This document shows positions 13,810-26,980 of a stretch of DNA of 64,000 nt, one piece after another. This stretch comes from Okamejei kenojei (Eukaryota). Each line of letters opens with the position of its first letter. Within the stretch, counting starts at the first letter, position 1. Location of the stretch: NCBI GenBank assembly GCA_035221665.1, contig CM069134.1, forward strand, positions 20,584,001 to 20,648,000, read 5' to 3'. Below the pieces are notes generated by a model. That model was not told the DNA's origin. It was given only the letters and a program-made list of their open reading frames with translations, and ran no database searches. A program made the position numbers and the translations under genes.

Positions 13810-15289
13810 GTTTGTATGTTTTAAGCTGCACATTACTATTTGTTTGTGCACTCTGGTGGTTCAACATAGCTAGCGATTAGCTGATCTGTCATTTAACAAG
13901 GATTGCTGTGAGTTTAATGCATGTAGTGCATTCATCCTGACTAGCCACAATAACACCACACAAAAGAGGTTGTGTGTTCCTTCAAACTGTGTATAATTAA
14001 AATATAAGTGTGTTAATAGTGCTGTGTAACATATTTATAGTGTGCGTATACTTTCTTAAAAACTGCATAATTATCAGTTGTTCAAGTTAATTGTTTTCTT
14101 CTCTGGAAAGTAAAACATAGTAACACTTATTACTGAGGTTTCTACAAGGGCTGGTTTACATCAAAGAGCTCAATTATGGAATGCAGTCAGGCCCTAGCCT
14201 GCCCTTGATTCTTCTGCAGTAGTAAGTGTTACTATGTTTTACTTTCCAGAGAAGAAAACAATTAACTTGAACAACTAATAATTATGCAGTGATATTAAGT
14301 CAGAACCTCCAGCCAAATATGACCACCCCTCTAATCTCAGTGCAGTTAATTTAAGGAATTCAGATGCATTATATCATTCCTCTCCCCCCCCCCCCCCCCC
14401 TGCCCGCCAGTGTTGGCTGATATAAAATATAGGTGTGGTTTTTGGGCCTGGTTACTGTTTAATCTCCTGGATGAGCACCAACTCTTAGAATGGTTTTGGA
14501 CAGAATAGAAAAAAATAAACCATTTGCAGGGCTGTGAGAATTATGGCAGGAGATGGGGAAGTGAAAATAATCACTGTGTTATCTGCGTGCCGATCAGCAC
14601 AGTGCCAAATGGCCTCTGCTGTCTGTTGCTTAATGCTGAGGGCTATCTTTGACAGGAATTGGGGTCAGCAGTGCCACATATATCTGCTACCATTTCTTGT
14701 CTTTACTGCAATTTTATGGGAAGAGAGTTGTTGTTTGCAATAGTTTGCTTAGATAGGATGCATGGAGCCCCGTGTATGAAGGCATTAATTCCTCATTGGG
14801 CTACAATTGCACTGCACAGAAGCATTCAGATGACATCTCTTTCAATCTCCCATCACACTCCCCCCACCCACCCACCCACCGGATATACGTCAGTATAGAC
14901 ATGATCTGTGACATAGGCAAACCTGGACCATATTAATTCTCATCCACTTCCAGAGATTCAGCTGACCACAGTTTCGGGTCTGCAAGTCATCAAAGTAGAT
15001 GATCCTCTAGTAAAATTCTCCAAGGCGTTATTTTTTTGACATGATGAAGTATGTCCAAAATTAATTTTTACTGTTCAGCTTAAGAATTGCTGCTTAACAC
15101 TAGGCACATGTATTATAAAGGCACATTCGATCGATCTTTTGATTAAGTGGCCATCGTTAAATGATTCACGTTTTCAAACAAATGGAAGCATCCTTAACTT
15201 TCGTTAAGACGACATAGAAACTCACAGTTTGAGCAATACAATCTTGAGATAAAATGGTATTTATTTTTTGTTTTTGATATGTGACAAAG

Positions 15290-15478
15290 GAATATGACAG
15301 AACTCAAGAAGAGGTAGTTAAGCACCATACCAACATAAATGAGATGAAAAGAACATTTCTGGAATCAACCTCAGAAACTGGACCTGATGAATGGGAAAAG
15401 AGGCTATCTGCCTCTCCAGTTAGATCCTTTTCAAAGACTGATGATTTACCTATGATTGAACCCCTTGTGCCTGAAGAG
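15290..15478 (+). CDS. EPB41L3: EPB41L3 SAB core exon EYDRTQEEVVKHHTNINEMKRTFLE...EWEKRLSASPVR...PMIEPLVPEE
   Basis: gacaaag|GAA ... GAG|gtaatt, 189 nt; the EWEKRLS and PMIEPLVPEE motifs of 4.1B are present. Confidence 0.95.
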
Positions 15479-15643
15479 GTAATTCTGTTATTTTAATACT
15501 AGTCCATTCAAAATTCTGAGACTCTGCACATGACAACACACCAATCGTTTTTCTAATCTCTTTGTTGCTAAAGTTATATATTGTAACATTGTTTAATCTC
15601 TTTAGATTGCTTTATTTTTGCAAGTGTAGTAATCTAAAGTTGT

Positions 15644-15860
15644 GGCGTCACAGTGGTGCAGCGGTAGAGTTGCTGCTTCACTGTGCCAGGGGCCCAGTTT
15701 TGATCCTGATCTTGGGTGCTGTCTCTACGGAGTTTGCACGCTCTCTGAGTTATCGCGTGGGCTTCCTCCGGCTGCTCCCATTTCCTCCCCCGCTCCAAAG
15801 ACACGCGGGTGTGTAGGTTAATTGGCTTCTGAAAATTGTAAGTTGTCCTTAGTGTATCTC
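15644..15860 (+). mobile_element. V-SINE (HE1-like), 3'-truncated
   Basis: ggcgtcacagtggtgcagcggtagagttgctgc (A box) ... ttgatcctg (B box) ... cggagtttgcacgctctc ... gggcttcctccgg (V-domain-like core). Confidence 0.8.
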
Positions 15861-16783
15861 TAAAGTCTAAAGCCATTGGACAACAATATGCTTTCAAAGA
15901 TGGTGTTCTGGTTATTTTGTGTTTCTGTTTTAATGTTACCCATTCTGAAAGATTTCATGCATGTCACTGAAATGTTTTAACATGTCAGACCAAAGCAGAT
16001 GTTGGTGAGATGCAGCAAAGCAAGTCGGATAAACAGACTGTTGCCACATCTGACACTGTGATGAAAGATGATGGAAAATTAGCAAAGGTATCATATCTGA
16101 TGTATTTTGTTTATTCTTGTGTATAGCACAGCTTTCTTTTGGCTTAGTTTCCTTCATCTCCTATTTCATATTGGAATGTAACCACCATTGGGATAGAATT
16201 GAGATTTTGATTCTGGACACTGATCTGAGAGTTTAAGAACAGGATCTTGTGTTCCTGGCTGTATTTTTGAAACACTGACAATTTCAGTGCCACAACATAG
16301 GCTCTATTTGCAGATTGCTATGATTAAGCATTGCCAGTAAATTACATGAAAACGCATTAGGACTGACAAGGATCTAGACCTCCTGGATAGATCTTTGTCA
16401 ATGACTGGGTATTTATTTAGAAACAAACCAATTGCCAAAAGTGTTCTATCTTTTGTGGCCAGCATCTCTCATTTTCAAAGCCCACAAAGGATAACTTTGA
16501 AAGTAGGTCAGACAGCAATGTTTCTTGCAAGATTTGCTGGATGAGCTGATTTGTGTTGCATCCTACCACTGGTGTTGATTGCAACATGCTTGTTCAGTGC
16601 CATTTATTTGGATTGAAAATGAAAATGCTTCACACTACTTACTCAAAATTAAGTACTCAATTTTTTAATTCCCATTTATTGAAAAATGTTTCTCTGAAAA
16701 AAGAGGAACAAAAACAGGAGATAGTGGAAGCATGTAACTGATTAATCAGCATGTGCAGAGAGAGCAAATATAGATTCATCCAG

Positions 16784-16964
16784 AGTAGACAAAAATGCTG
16801 GAGAAACTCAGCGGGTGAGGCAGCATCTATGGAGTGAAGGAAACCCTTCTTCACCCGAAACGTTGCCTATTTCCTTCGCTCCATAGATGCTGCCTCACCC
16901 GCTGAGTTTCTCCAGCATTTTTGTCTACCTTCGATTTTCCAGCATCTGCAGTTCCTTCTTAAAA
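16784..16964 (+). mobile_element. Penelope-derived short insertion in fold-back configuration, with 14-bp TSD
   Basis: 59-bp inverted arms at 16785-16843 and 16870-16928; TSD ATAGATTCATCCAG at 16770-16783 and 16965-16978. Confidence 0.8.
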
Positions 16965-17310
16965 ATAGATTCATCCAGCTCATCTATGCTTGTGCACTGG
17001 CCCATTTTTAATATTTTAATTAAATGTTTGTATAGAATCCAGTTAATTCATTGTCCTAATGTGAAGCCTTATCAGTCACAAATGTACAATGGGGAATATT
17101 AAGAATGCCCCATTCAGTCTTCCACTTGTGAAGGGAAAAACTGCACCCATTTACAAATCTCCACATGTGGCAGCTAAGGATCTGTGTCTGAAAATTATTC
17201 CACTGCACTTTTTGTGCTGCTGGTTTACTTGGAATACTCATTGGAGCTTGAAAGTTACTAAAGCTATTAATTGGCTTGTAAATTGATATAATACTTTTCT
17301 TCTCACTCAG

Positions 17311-17415
17311 GCTGAAGAGGAGCGTAAGGAAGTAGATAAGGAGCCAACTACTAGTCACAGCACATTGGTGACTAATGAAATTGTGATCAGCAAAACAGCC
17401 TCATCTCCCCCAGAG
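17311..17415 (+). CDS. EPB41L3: Candidate EPB41L3 cassette exon AEEERKEVDKEPTTSHSTLVTNEIVISKTASSPPE
   Basis: Good acceptor cttttcttctcactcag|GCT, 105 nt open, phase 0/0, purine-rich; the donor GAG|gttgtt is weak. I recognise no homolog. Confidence 0.5.
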
Positions 17416-17861
17416 GTTGTTACCTTTATTAAATTCATTTGTGCAAAAAAATCAATATTTGAAATTATTGGCAGGAACATTTCAGCATATAATAACTCAA
17501 CTCTAAGCTATGAAAGGAAAATTAATGATTGATTTGAATACATGCAAGCTCTCTTGGTCAGCAGAAATGTTAAAAAATAATAGTTATTCTTAACTAATCT
17601 CAATACGAATCAAAAGGGAAAAGTGCAAGAATAATGGGTTGTTCACGGAGCAAAAAATAAGTCGGTAAGTGCTTAAGTGAGCTTGCTTAATCCACTGTAG
17701 CCCTGCTTTGGTGACTGGTATTCCTGTGGTATGTTTAAAGTAGGTTTGTTCATTTTTGTAGTGTCAATAATATTACATGAAATTAGATTAAATTTGAAAA
17801 CCCAACACAATTTGCCGAATAAAACATGGGGAAAAGATGATCACATGCTGGGTCACAAAAT

Positions 17862-18075
17862 TGTAGACACAAGGAACTGCTGATGCTGGTTTGTACAAAA
17901 AAGGACACTAAAGTGTTGGAGTAACAGGTGGTTAGGCAGAGTCTCTGGAGGAAATGGATAGGCTTTGTTTCGAGACCAGACCCTTCAGATTCTGAAGAAG
18001 AGTCCTGTCCCAAAATAACCTATCCATATTCTCCAGAGATGCTGCCTGACCGTCCAGCACTTTGTGTCTTTTTCT
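17862..18075. mobile_element. Older inverted pair of the same Penelope-derived short repeat
   Basis: A minus unit (...gagaccagacccttcaga) joined to a plus unit (ttctgaagaagagtcctgtcccaaaa...ctccagagatgctgcc). Confidence 0.65.
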
Positions 18076-19554
18076 GGGTGACAAAATGCTTGGTCCAAGA
18101 GATGAATTTCAGGGAGAGCCTTAAAAGGAAGAAGGGGTTGGAGGTGAACTATTTAGCAGAGGTGGGGCGGAGGATCGGAAGACATGGGCATCAGTAACTG
18201 GTGCAGGAAATGTGTAATTGGTCAAAGTCGGAAGGGTGGAGTTTGAGAAATGTTTGTGAGGTTAGAGTTGGGGAAGGGAACACCATTAAGAATTTAAACA
18301 AGTGAATGCTTCCCTGTTTTATTTGATGCTTTGGGGGGCAGTGGGGAGTATATATGAGACAAGCCTGATCAATGAATGAGACAGGATAAGCAAAAACCTT
18401 CGCAGTCAATTGGACGGGTAATGGAGATTACAGGAGTGCCCTAATCTAGAAGTAGCTGAGGCACGGAGATGAAGTAGGGAGTGCAATAGAAGTAAAGTAG
18501 ATATCCATGAAAGGTTATGGCATTGTCAAGTCCAGGCTCTTGTCACCTATTCTGAGTTACCAGAGCTGAGCATTTGATGACCAAGTTTTGCAAATCTGGG
18601 CAAAGGCTGCGAAGGGAATGCAAGACAAAAAAAAATCAGTGATTTGTTTCAGTAGAATTTATTTCAACCTATTAAGGTACATTATTAAGGTACATTATTA
18701 ATTTACAGTGCCTCAATGATCCAGTTGCATAGCCAGCATGGTTTACTAGCAAAGGATATAATTTCATTTCATACTACAGTTTCATACTGTATCCTGAGCA
18801 GGGAATGGTGGATATTCATTTTTTTCCTAACATTTAAAGTGTGGTGATTCGATTTAGGTGTTTGTTACATGCAAGTGATCTAAAGGTTTGTGAAAGACTT
18901 GTCATGTTACAACATATTTAGTTCTAAAACAGAATCCCCCATGTAGTGCCAATGCATGCTTGTGTGCTTTCCCCTTTCAAATAGGTCAATAATATATTAC
19001 AGCAAATAGAGGGGGTAAAAAGATTGTTAAATTAAGTTTGAAGCATAATGTCAGTGTAATTTCAGTGAATTCTTCATTGTTTAAAGCCCTTCCTTACAAA
19101 ATAGCTAGTAGACCTCTCAATGCCATGGACTAAAACGAATTTTGTACACTAAATCTTATATTCCTTTGGAAACATCCAAGTAATTGTGGTTCACCACATT
19201 GCTGCAAACCTGGCTGATGTTTACCCATCAGTTGCAGAAGGCACCAATTTCTATTCCATTGATTAATTGCAGCATGGCTGGCTCACTCTAGGACTGCTGC
19301 TCTGGAAACGAGGCCAAACATTTAACTTCTGCATTCAAGGTTACAAATGTGTTTATCGTTTTACATATGCTGCATTGAACTTTTATTAATCACTGAAAAA
19401 ATCCCAATCTAGATCAAAATGAGTGTTGAAAGGCATGTTTGTAGGGGAGGGAGGAGAGGAACTCTCCCAATAGACCGACACCATTGACAATGCTATAGTT
19501 CACATTGTTTAGCAGAGATGGAGAAAGTTGAAGATGAAGGGAGATGTTTATTAG

Positions 19555-19839
19555 TCAAAACAACAACAATTGGTAGATTTTGTGTCATCTGTCAAACAGC
19601 AGAAAACTGTGCTGTCCACTCTGGAAGAAACTATCATTTCAAAGAAGGTGGCAACAAAAAGTGATGATGATGAAGGTAGTCTGAAACCTAAAGAGATTGC
19701 AAGACAGAAAGGAATTGAAAGCTCTGATATGGAGCCTGCCATTGAGACTTCAATGACCAAATGGAAGACTGGTGAAGAGCCTATGTTTACTATTGCCACA
19801 GCACACTATTTTACTGAGACATCGGGATCAAGATTTTTG
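19555..19839 (+). CDS. EPB41L3: Candidate EPB41L3 cassette exon (U3 region) SKQQQLVDF...EEPMFTIATAHYFTETSGSRFL
   Basis: Open acidic, S/T-rich frame of 285 nt with a good donor TTG|gtaact at 19839/19840. The acceptor (ttattag at 19554) is weak, so the 5' boundary is uncertain. Confidence 0.55.
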
Positions 19840-20370
19840 GTAACTGTTGCCTTTGACTGTCACAGTCTAAAGATAAAACGCATGACTTTCAGGCAGCACT
19901 TGCTTCAGTACGCTTAAAACAGCTAAAACCACCGTTGAGTTTACCTGCAATTTGCTTGTACCCAGCCAGTGATCCTCCAATATGGTTTTTACTTTTTTTT
20001 GCGATTACAAATTGTTTTGTTAAATTATCCACAAAATTTAGGCTTTATCGTGCTGATCCCGATTTTCATTTCACCAGATGCACACTTCATCGACTACTGC
20101 GACTTTTTGCACAGATTGTTCACTTAAGATTCTTTTGCATATCCCTTCCTCCAAGCAAATTATTTGTAATGTGTGACTTTTCTAAGTACTAACCTGTAAT
20201 CTCATCCTCTTGCCTGTTTTCCTCCTTTATTTTGCTTTTCCATACATCCTATTTAATCTTGTGCTCTCTTATTTCCAATCTGTATCTCTGAAACAACTTT
20301 TGTCTGTCTAATGTTGACCTAGTTATGTATGTCAGTTAGCTTTATATGTTGACTTTCTGTGTCTACACAG

Positions 20371-20493
20371 ACAAAGCAGTCTGGTTCTGAAGTAACCTCA
20401 AAAAATGTAGACGTCTCCAATCTAATAGATTCGGCACGAAAACAAATGGATGGAAAGGAATGGGCTGCTGCTTCATCTTACAGCTGGGTTCAG
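20371..20493 (+). CDS. EPB41L3: EPB41L3 exon TKQSGSEVTSKNVDVSNLIDSARKQMDGKEWAAASSYSWVQ
   Basis: ctacacag|ACA ... CAG|gtgttt, 123 nt; corresponds to human TKQSSGEK...LLESARK...SQSWVQ. Confidence 0.9.
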
Positions 20494-23400
20494 GTGTTTT
20501 TTATTCCTTTAAGAAATCTTCCACCCTTAACTGGTCTTGCCATTGTTGTTATTTCTACTTCTAGCTATTTGCTGTGCTTTGACTTTCTAGTATGTTTTCT
20601 GCATTAAAAAAAAACATACTGGGCTCAATAGGACTCTCCTTTCCTGTGAGACTGATGGTTTGCCTTTTAACATATTCTTTCCCAGTCACACACTATCCTA
20701 CTTTTACAGATTTCTGTAGATTTCATCGTGATGATTAGTCTCCTTTCTCCCATACTCATCGTTTGCTGGGCATGGTATTCCAACTGGGAAATGATTTGAC
20801 AATTTTGACGATGAGTCAAGTTGCTGTATTTTAACAAACAAAAATGTTCCTGTTTTTTTAAAATTATCCTTGTTATCTCCAGTTTCTTTTAAAACATTTC
20901 TTTACTTCCTGATGACTCTTAGACAAAGTTAAGGCATGAGGGTCTCCATCAAGTTTCCACAAGGAGCCTGAGCTGTGTCCATGGTCTTAAACTACATATC
21001 CCCGATGGTCATTGATATTTAACCTGTGTACAGGTGCTACAAGAGATACAAAGGAACATCACCCTACCTTGTGCAAATAAAAATACTTTGAAGCACAAAT
21101 CTCTGGCGGACAAGCTCTAGACTTCTCCTAGAGTGTGATCTCTTCTATGCTCTTGCCTAGTGTTACTTTCCATGCCCAAGCCAGAATGATGGCCGCTGTA
21201 ACCTGAGAGTGAGTCTCTTCCACTTTTTTTAGTTTGAGCAGGGAAGGATCTGGCCTCTCCATGCTGCTTTCTCACAGTTAAGCAACTGGTGATCAGTAAC
21301 TTAATGGCAAACCTGCGCTGAAGCCACTAAGCCACGACGGATCATTTGTAACAACACTTTAATATTGGTCGCACATCAAAAAAGCACATCCCATGTGTAA
21401 AATATAATGGTTTAGGCTCCTTGTAAATTTGCTTTGTGCTCCTTATTGCCTTAACTGTGCAATAAGTGTGCAAGAATCTTTATGCTTGGAGATGGACTTT
21501 CTATGAATCCAAGGATGAATTTATGATGCTTGAATAAATAATTGGGAGTTCTCAGCCTGTGTTTAATTCCCCTGTTCCATGAAGCTCCACCTGCAGGGGA
21601 GCACAACTGGAGGCGGCAGAACAGTGGCATACATCTGAGAGTAATATTCCCTGGAAATTCCACAACATTGACACTGTGAAGCTTCATGACATGAATATGT
21701 ATATTGTAATAGACGATGCCTGCTTGGCTATGCTTTCTATCTTTCTTTACCAAATAAATTAATGATCACCCATGATCAATATCACTTTGATTAAGCATGC
21801 GATTTATGAAAGTATTTGGGAGTGACGCATTAGTATGTGACCAAACTGAGTGCGTGTGAACAACACAAGGCCATTTGGGTAATGTTAATTCGCCCACATG
21901 GAGTGGGGTGCTGGGGACAACTCTTGCACTGAGGATGCCCACCCTTTTATTGTTTGGGAAGAATCCTTCCATAACCCTTTCAGCAGTACTAAACTAGATC
22001 AGTTCTGAACATGCCTGATACTCTATCTTTGCATCCTTGAAGCAATGTAGACAGACCATAGGTGATCTTGAAGACCTGTCATATCCCTTCCTTTATTATG
22101 CTCCTCAAGCCAGGAGGATCTCTTCATTTAGGGATGGTGGTCCATGCCTTGAAGCTGCTTCAAGAACATTTTAAACTTAGAAGTTGTTACAACATGGAAA
22201 TATTCTATGTAAATCAGCAGTCTCTGGATGAAGCAGTGTAATCCCATCACCATGGATCAAGTAAAAGTTCTGCACTTACCAACTGGATATCATAATGGAT
22301 ATGATAAAACTTAAAAGCAACAAACCCCCTTCCAATATATTGTCAAAGATTGCAAAGCCATAAAATAAATAGAAAAGATAAATCTGAAACTTTTGTTGTC
22401 AATTTCATGCTTCCTGGTGAGGTCCCCACCACCATAGAGCTCATTTTTCAGATCATTCAACTCATAAAGCCATAACACTTTAAAAATAATGGCTTAGCCA
22501 TCTTATGACCTGCTGCATCTAGCAAAAACTGCAATTACACCATGGTCCAAAACCAGTATACTTGTCAACATGCTGTTAAATTGAATCTGAAATTTGATGT
22601 TACATGTTATGCGGCTATTCTTACCAATAACAATGCATATTTTGGATTTCTGTCCCGGCATCGTGATGTGTGACCTCAGTTTTTATTCATTTATGAACCA
22701 AAGTGTTGTATAGAGTGAGAATAACTATCACTGACATGAAGACAACATTTGAGCAACGGAAGTATTTAAAAACACTCGTAAAATTAAAGACTCTGGGAAT
22801 CAGTAAAACCCTTTCACTAGTTGGAAATATGTCCTGGGACATGTCTCTGGAATTCTTTAGGGCAGTGTCTCTTGGCCCAAACTATGGCATTAGTAAATTT
22901 CCTTCCATGGCATGCTTGAAGCAGGAATGTTTGCTGATGATTTCTGTTTTCAATTCCATTTGCAAGACTTCACATGGCCAAAGCAGCAGCACTCAGACAA
23001 CATTCAGGCTTGGCTGAATGAAGGCATAGCGTTCACATACTACAAGTGCCAGAGCTATTGACAGGTCCATCGCCATCAACGACCTTGGTTGAAGGAGGTG
23101 AAAGAGAATGAGAACTTGGCAGTTGTCACCGCTGACCAGAAACCTATCAGGAACAGCCATATTAATCCCATATCTGCATTAATCCCATACCTGCATGATC
23201 GATTCAGAGACTGAGAGCCCTGCCCTATAGTGAGCGACTCCCGCTCTGGCTCCCATCCCCTTTCCACTGCATATAGGGCACAATCTAGAAGTAGGAGTGT
23301 TGCTCCAACAGCAATCCAGAAGCTCCGGACAATTCTGGACTAAGCAGGTCATTTGTCTGGCATTCCTTCCCATCACCCTCCACAATCTCTCATAGCATCA

Positions 23401-24500
23401 TCAGCAAATTACAGGTGCTATGTTAACCTTCCGCAAGCTGCACTGGGCGCATGTCCTTTCACCACGTGCACTGCAGCGGGCCACAACGCAGTCCCCCTCA
23501 TCACCTTGAGGACCATTTAGATGGGATGTAAATGGCTATAACTATGACGATAGTTATTAATCAGGTTGAATTGATAGTGCTCAGTGGTTCAGAGTGCACC
23601 TGTTACAGGGGCATCAGTGATATGAGGACATCCAAAGGCAAAAACTTGGAGACGCTGAATATCTGAAATGAGCCCAGAAAATGCCAGAAATACCCAACTG
23701 GTCAGGTTGCATTTATGAGGGGTAAAACAGAACCACTCTTTTGGATTGCTGGCCTTTCCATGGAATGAGTCCAACAGCGGATGATCAGAAGGTGGTTGTA
23801 TGCAGGTGCACATGAGAAAAGCTATTAAACTTGCTGAATTACATATCACATTGTGTGTAATGTGCATATCTGTCCATTTGATTTAATTGCTTCTATTACC
23901 AAAAAATATATTCTTATGCTGTGGCTATGAAATTCTTCTTCGAAGTTCACTTTCAAGAAGAGATGTCCCACTACGCCTTTTATTTTGTATCTGGGCTGAT
24001 AACCTATTATATGACAGCAAACATTTTGCATCAACCAAATCAGCCGATGGTTTGAAAACTCTCGATGACTAGATAATGTTTGAGAGGAAGGAATGTACAT
24101 AAAAATGAGTGGCAGGGTCATGAAAACAATACCATGGAGAAAAATGATTACCTAAGGAAGAAAAATTGCCTGAACATTTTTGTAATTATAGAAGACTTTA
24201 CTTTGTATACATTCTGTGCCAAAAGCATGCCATGGATCAATTGACTACATCAATCTGTGCCGTGCATATGGAATATCTTACCCAGCTTTTGACTTTAGAT
24301 TTTATCATACTTCCACAGACTGAGCATTTAGACACAATAAAAACTGAATTTTATAAGTGTACTTTTTCCATATTTAGATTTTAAAACGTGCTGGTGAATT
24401 AAAGAGGGAGTTGGCTGGTAGCTCCAAACACAACGTGTCACCATAGTAGCTATTCGGGTTTTTTTCTTACACTTTCTCACAAGAGTTTTTATCTCTCCAG

Positions 24501-24896
24501 AAACCTGATATGAATTTGGATGAGATGGTGCAACAAGAAGTCCACAAGCAGGAGAAGGCCATGAAGATTATTCAGGAGACAATGGTGATGGAAAAAAAGC
24601 ATGAGATGAATGTGCATGCAAGCGAGGATGCTTCTGCTCTGTGCGCTAAGCTGGCAGGAGATGGGAGGGAAACTTTAACAGAGGAGAGCCAAGCTCACTC
24701 ATCGGGTGATGCAAGGGGTCTAAATTGCATGGTGAACGTGGACACCAAAGAGGACAAGAGGGAGGCAGCGAGTGCCAAGGTGGATCAACCAGGAGATGAA
24801 ATTGTAGAAGGGCCACCTTCTGCTCAAGGGTGGGAGGATCAGCCTGAAATAGCAGGCAAGCCTGCAGAAAAATCTGAAACGGAACCTCAGTTTGAG
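24501..24896 (+). CDS. EPB41L3: EPB41L3 exon KPDMNLDE...IIQETMVMEKKHEMNVHASEDAS...EPQFE
   Basis: ctctccag|AAA ... GAG|gtaact, 396 nt; QET-VHAS-DAS and PxFE motifs as in human 4.1B. Confidence 0.92.
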
Positions 24897-25238
24897 GTAA
24901 CTGGTTCCCCTCACCTCCTTACCAACTTTCATAACCATCCCCATTAATCCATCTGTTTCCTCGGACACCATTATCAGCACCTGCACTGTTTATTATTTTA
25001 CAAGCAAAATCACAGCAAAACACCTTCAAATGCTTTGCAAGTAATGCCTGTGTTGAGTAATTGCTATTGAGATTTGTATCACCCGTTACGCACACCTGAT
25101 ACTTTGTTCCTGTCATCAGGTTGTTTCAAATTTAGAAACATTGGGAGCAATTTGAATCCAACATGGCTGGTAGGAAACTGATGCCAGCTCGACTTTAGTT
25201 TCCTTCAACATCAAAATCAAATAACAATATCAAACAGT

Positions 25239-25520
25239 TAAGAATAAGGGGTAGGCTATTTAGGACTGAGATGAGGAAAAACTTTTTCACCCAGAGAGTT
25301 GTGAATCTGTGGAATTCTCTGCCACAGAAGGCAGTGGAAGCCAATTCACTGGATGTTCTCAAGAGAGTTAGATATAGCTCTCAGAGCTAACGGAATCAAG
25401 GGTTATGGGGAGAAAGCAGGAACGGGGTACTGATTTTGGATGATCAGCCATGATCATATTGAATGACGGTGCTGGCTCGAAAGGCCGAATGGCCTACTCC
25501 TGCACTTATTTTCTATGTTT
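25239..25520 (+). mobile_element. CR1 LINE 3' end
   Basis: ttaagaataaggggtagg...actgagatgaggaaaaactttttcacccagagagttgtg...ggccgaatggcctactcctgc...tttctatg; reverse complement of the 3' end of the CR1 at 3.2 kb. Confidence 0.9.
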
Positions 25521-26851
25521 TTAAAATTACACAGGCAGCTGACATTTTCCTCCATGAGCAGATAAAACCCCTCACTTGGCATGCCATCTTATCAACATTC
25601 ATTTTGAAAAAACGTGTAGTAAGCTGCAGCTTAATGTCTGGCTTCCGCACACCTGCAATGCTCCGAGTTTGTCTTACGCTGACACTGTGATGCATTCTGT
25701 TTCTGATTTCATTTTGCTAATTCCATTGTGCTATAGTCAGATTATTGCAAATGACTGAGAACCTCCTGTTGTCATCTAAAACTTAAACTTCATTCCTGAA
25801 TTGATTAATTCTAATTAGACCCAAGAAATTTCTGGGTGTTTGACAACGAAAGCTTTTGAGTTTTTATTTATATATGTTGAATACATTTTGACTATAATTT
25901 ATCTTTGTATTAGAACATGCCTCAAAGCAGTTAAACTTTGTCATCTGATTTATACACAGTATTTTGCATCTCTTTTTGGGACAGTTTTGATGATTATAAT
26001 TTTATAGTTATATATCTTGAACAACTTGTTTGTATCAGGGAAGCAAATAGCAATCCACAATTGAGTATTAATAACAACTAGCATAGGCCTTGGGAACCTC
26101 AGTGCCAGGCTATGGGAGAGATGTGCCGCTGAAAGTAGATAGTCTGCACTTTGTGCCAGAAAAAAAAATGAATCTAAAATGTGTTTTAAATAAAATTGCA
26201 GATTCCTGTCCTTAAACATTATTTGCAGAATATTTTCAGACTTGCAAATAGAGGCTTCTTGCCCCTTTAGTGCTCTTGGTCACTTGAGGAATACTGGACG
26301 TACTTTGGTACGAATAGCACTTGATGTTCTCCCACAAGTTCTGTTTCCTTTATGCTGTGTGCATTCGCCACATTTACTGTGAAATAGCACAGATATAACT
26401 GGAGTCCTCGCAGTGTTAGTGAGAGAAGGCCCCCAACTGGTCACTGTATGGAATAGCAAGGTGACAATTTATTTTCCTGCCCCAATGAGCACTACTTCAA
26501 ATTCATACAAAGCAATGCAAGGTAGTAGAGCAATACAGAAACTTGCTTTTTAAAGCTATATACATGCAACAAAACGATTCCCTTAATTCCTAATCATAAA
26601 TAGCTAGGTATATCTGGATTATTTAACTTTTTCCTTAAACCATACAAGTTTATGCTAACACACTAATATTTAGGAATGTAATGGACCAGGTTTAAGTGTC
26701 GTCTATATTGGAGTCATTCTCCCAAAGAGGAAGAATATCATCATGTGCAATAAGTCCCAAACTGATATGGCATGCATTGTGGTGTAAAGGCATAGTTTGG
26801 TAATGGTGAGCCTGAAAAATGTCATAACTATTATTGTCCTTTTGCACATAG

Positions 26852-26980
26852 CCACCTGTTGTTAAAACCGAATCAGTCAGCTTTGACAGCATGAGTAAAG
26901 AGGATGGAAAAGAGGTTTGCACCAAGGATGTACCGGTGGTTCACACTGAGACTAAAACAATCACCTATGAATCAGCAAAG
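26852..26980 (+). CDS. EPB41L3: EPB41L3 CTD exon PPVVKTESVSF...TKDVPVVHTETKTITYESAK
   Basis: cacatag|CCA ... AAG|gtaaca, 129 nt; protein 4.1 CTD signature VPVVHTETKTITYE. Confidence 0.97.

Noticed and set aside
13018-14400. (TA)n at 13018-13047 and poly-C at 14384-14400
   Set aside because: Common simple repeats.
15644-15720. tRNA gene
   Set aside because: The A/B-box-like head continues into a SINE body seen four times in the window; no complete cloverleaf.
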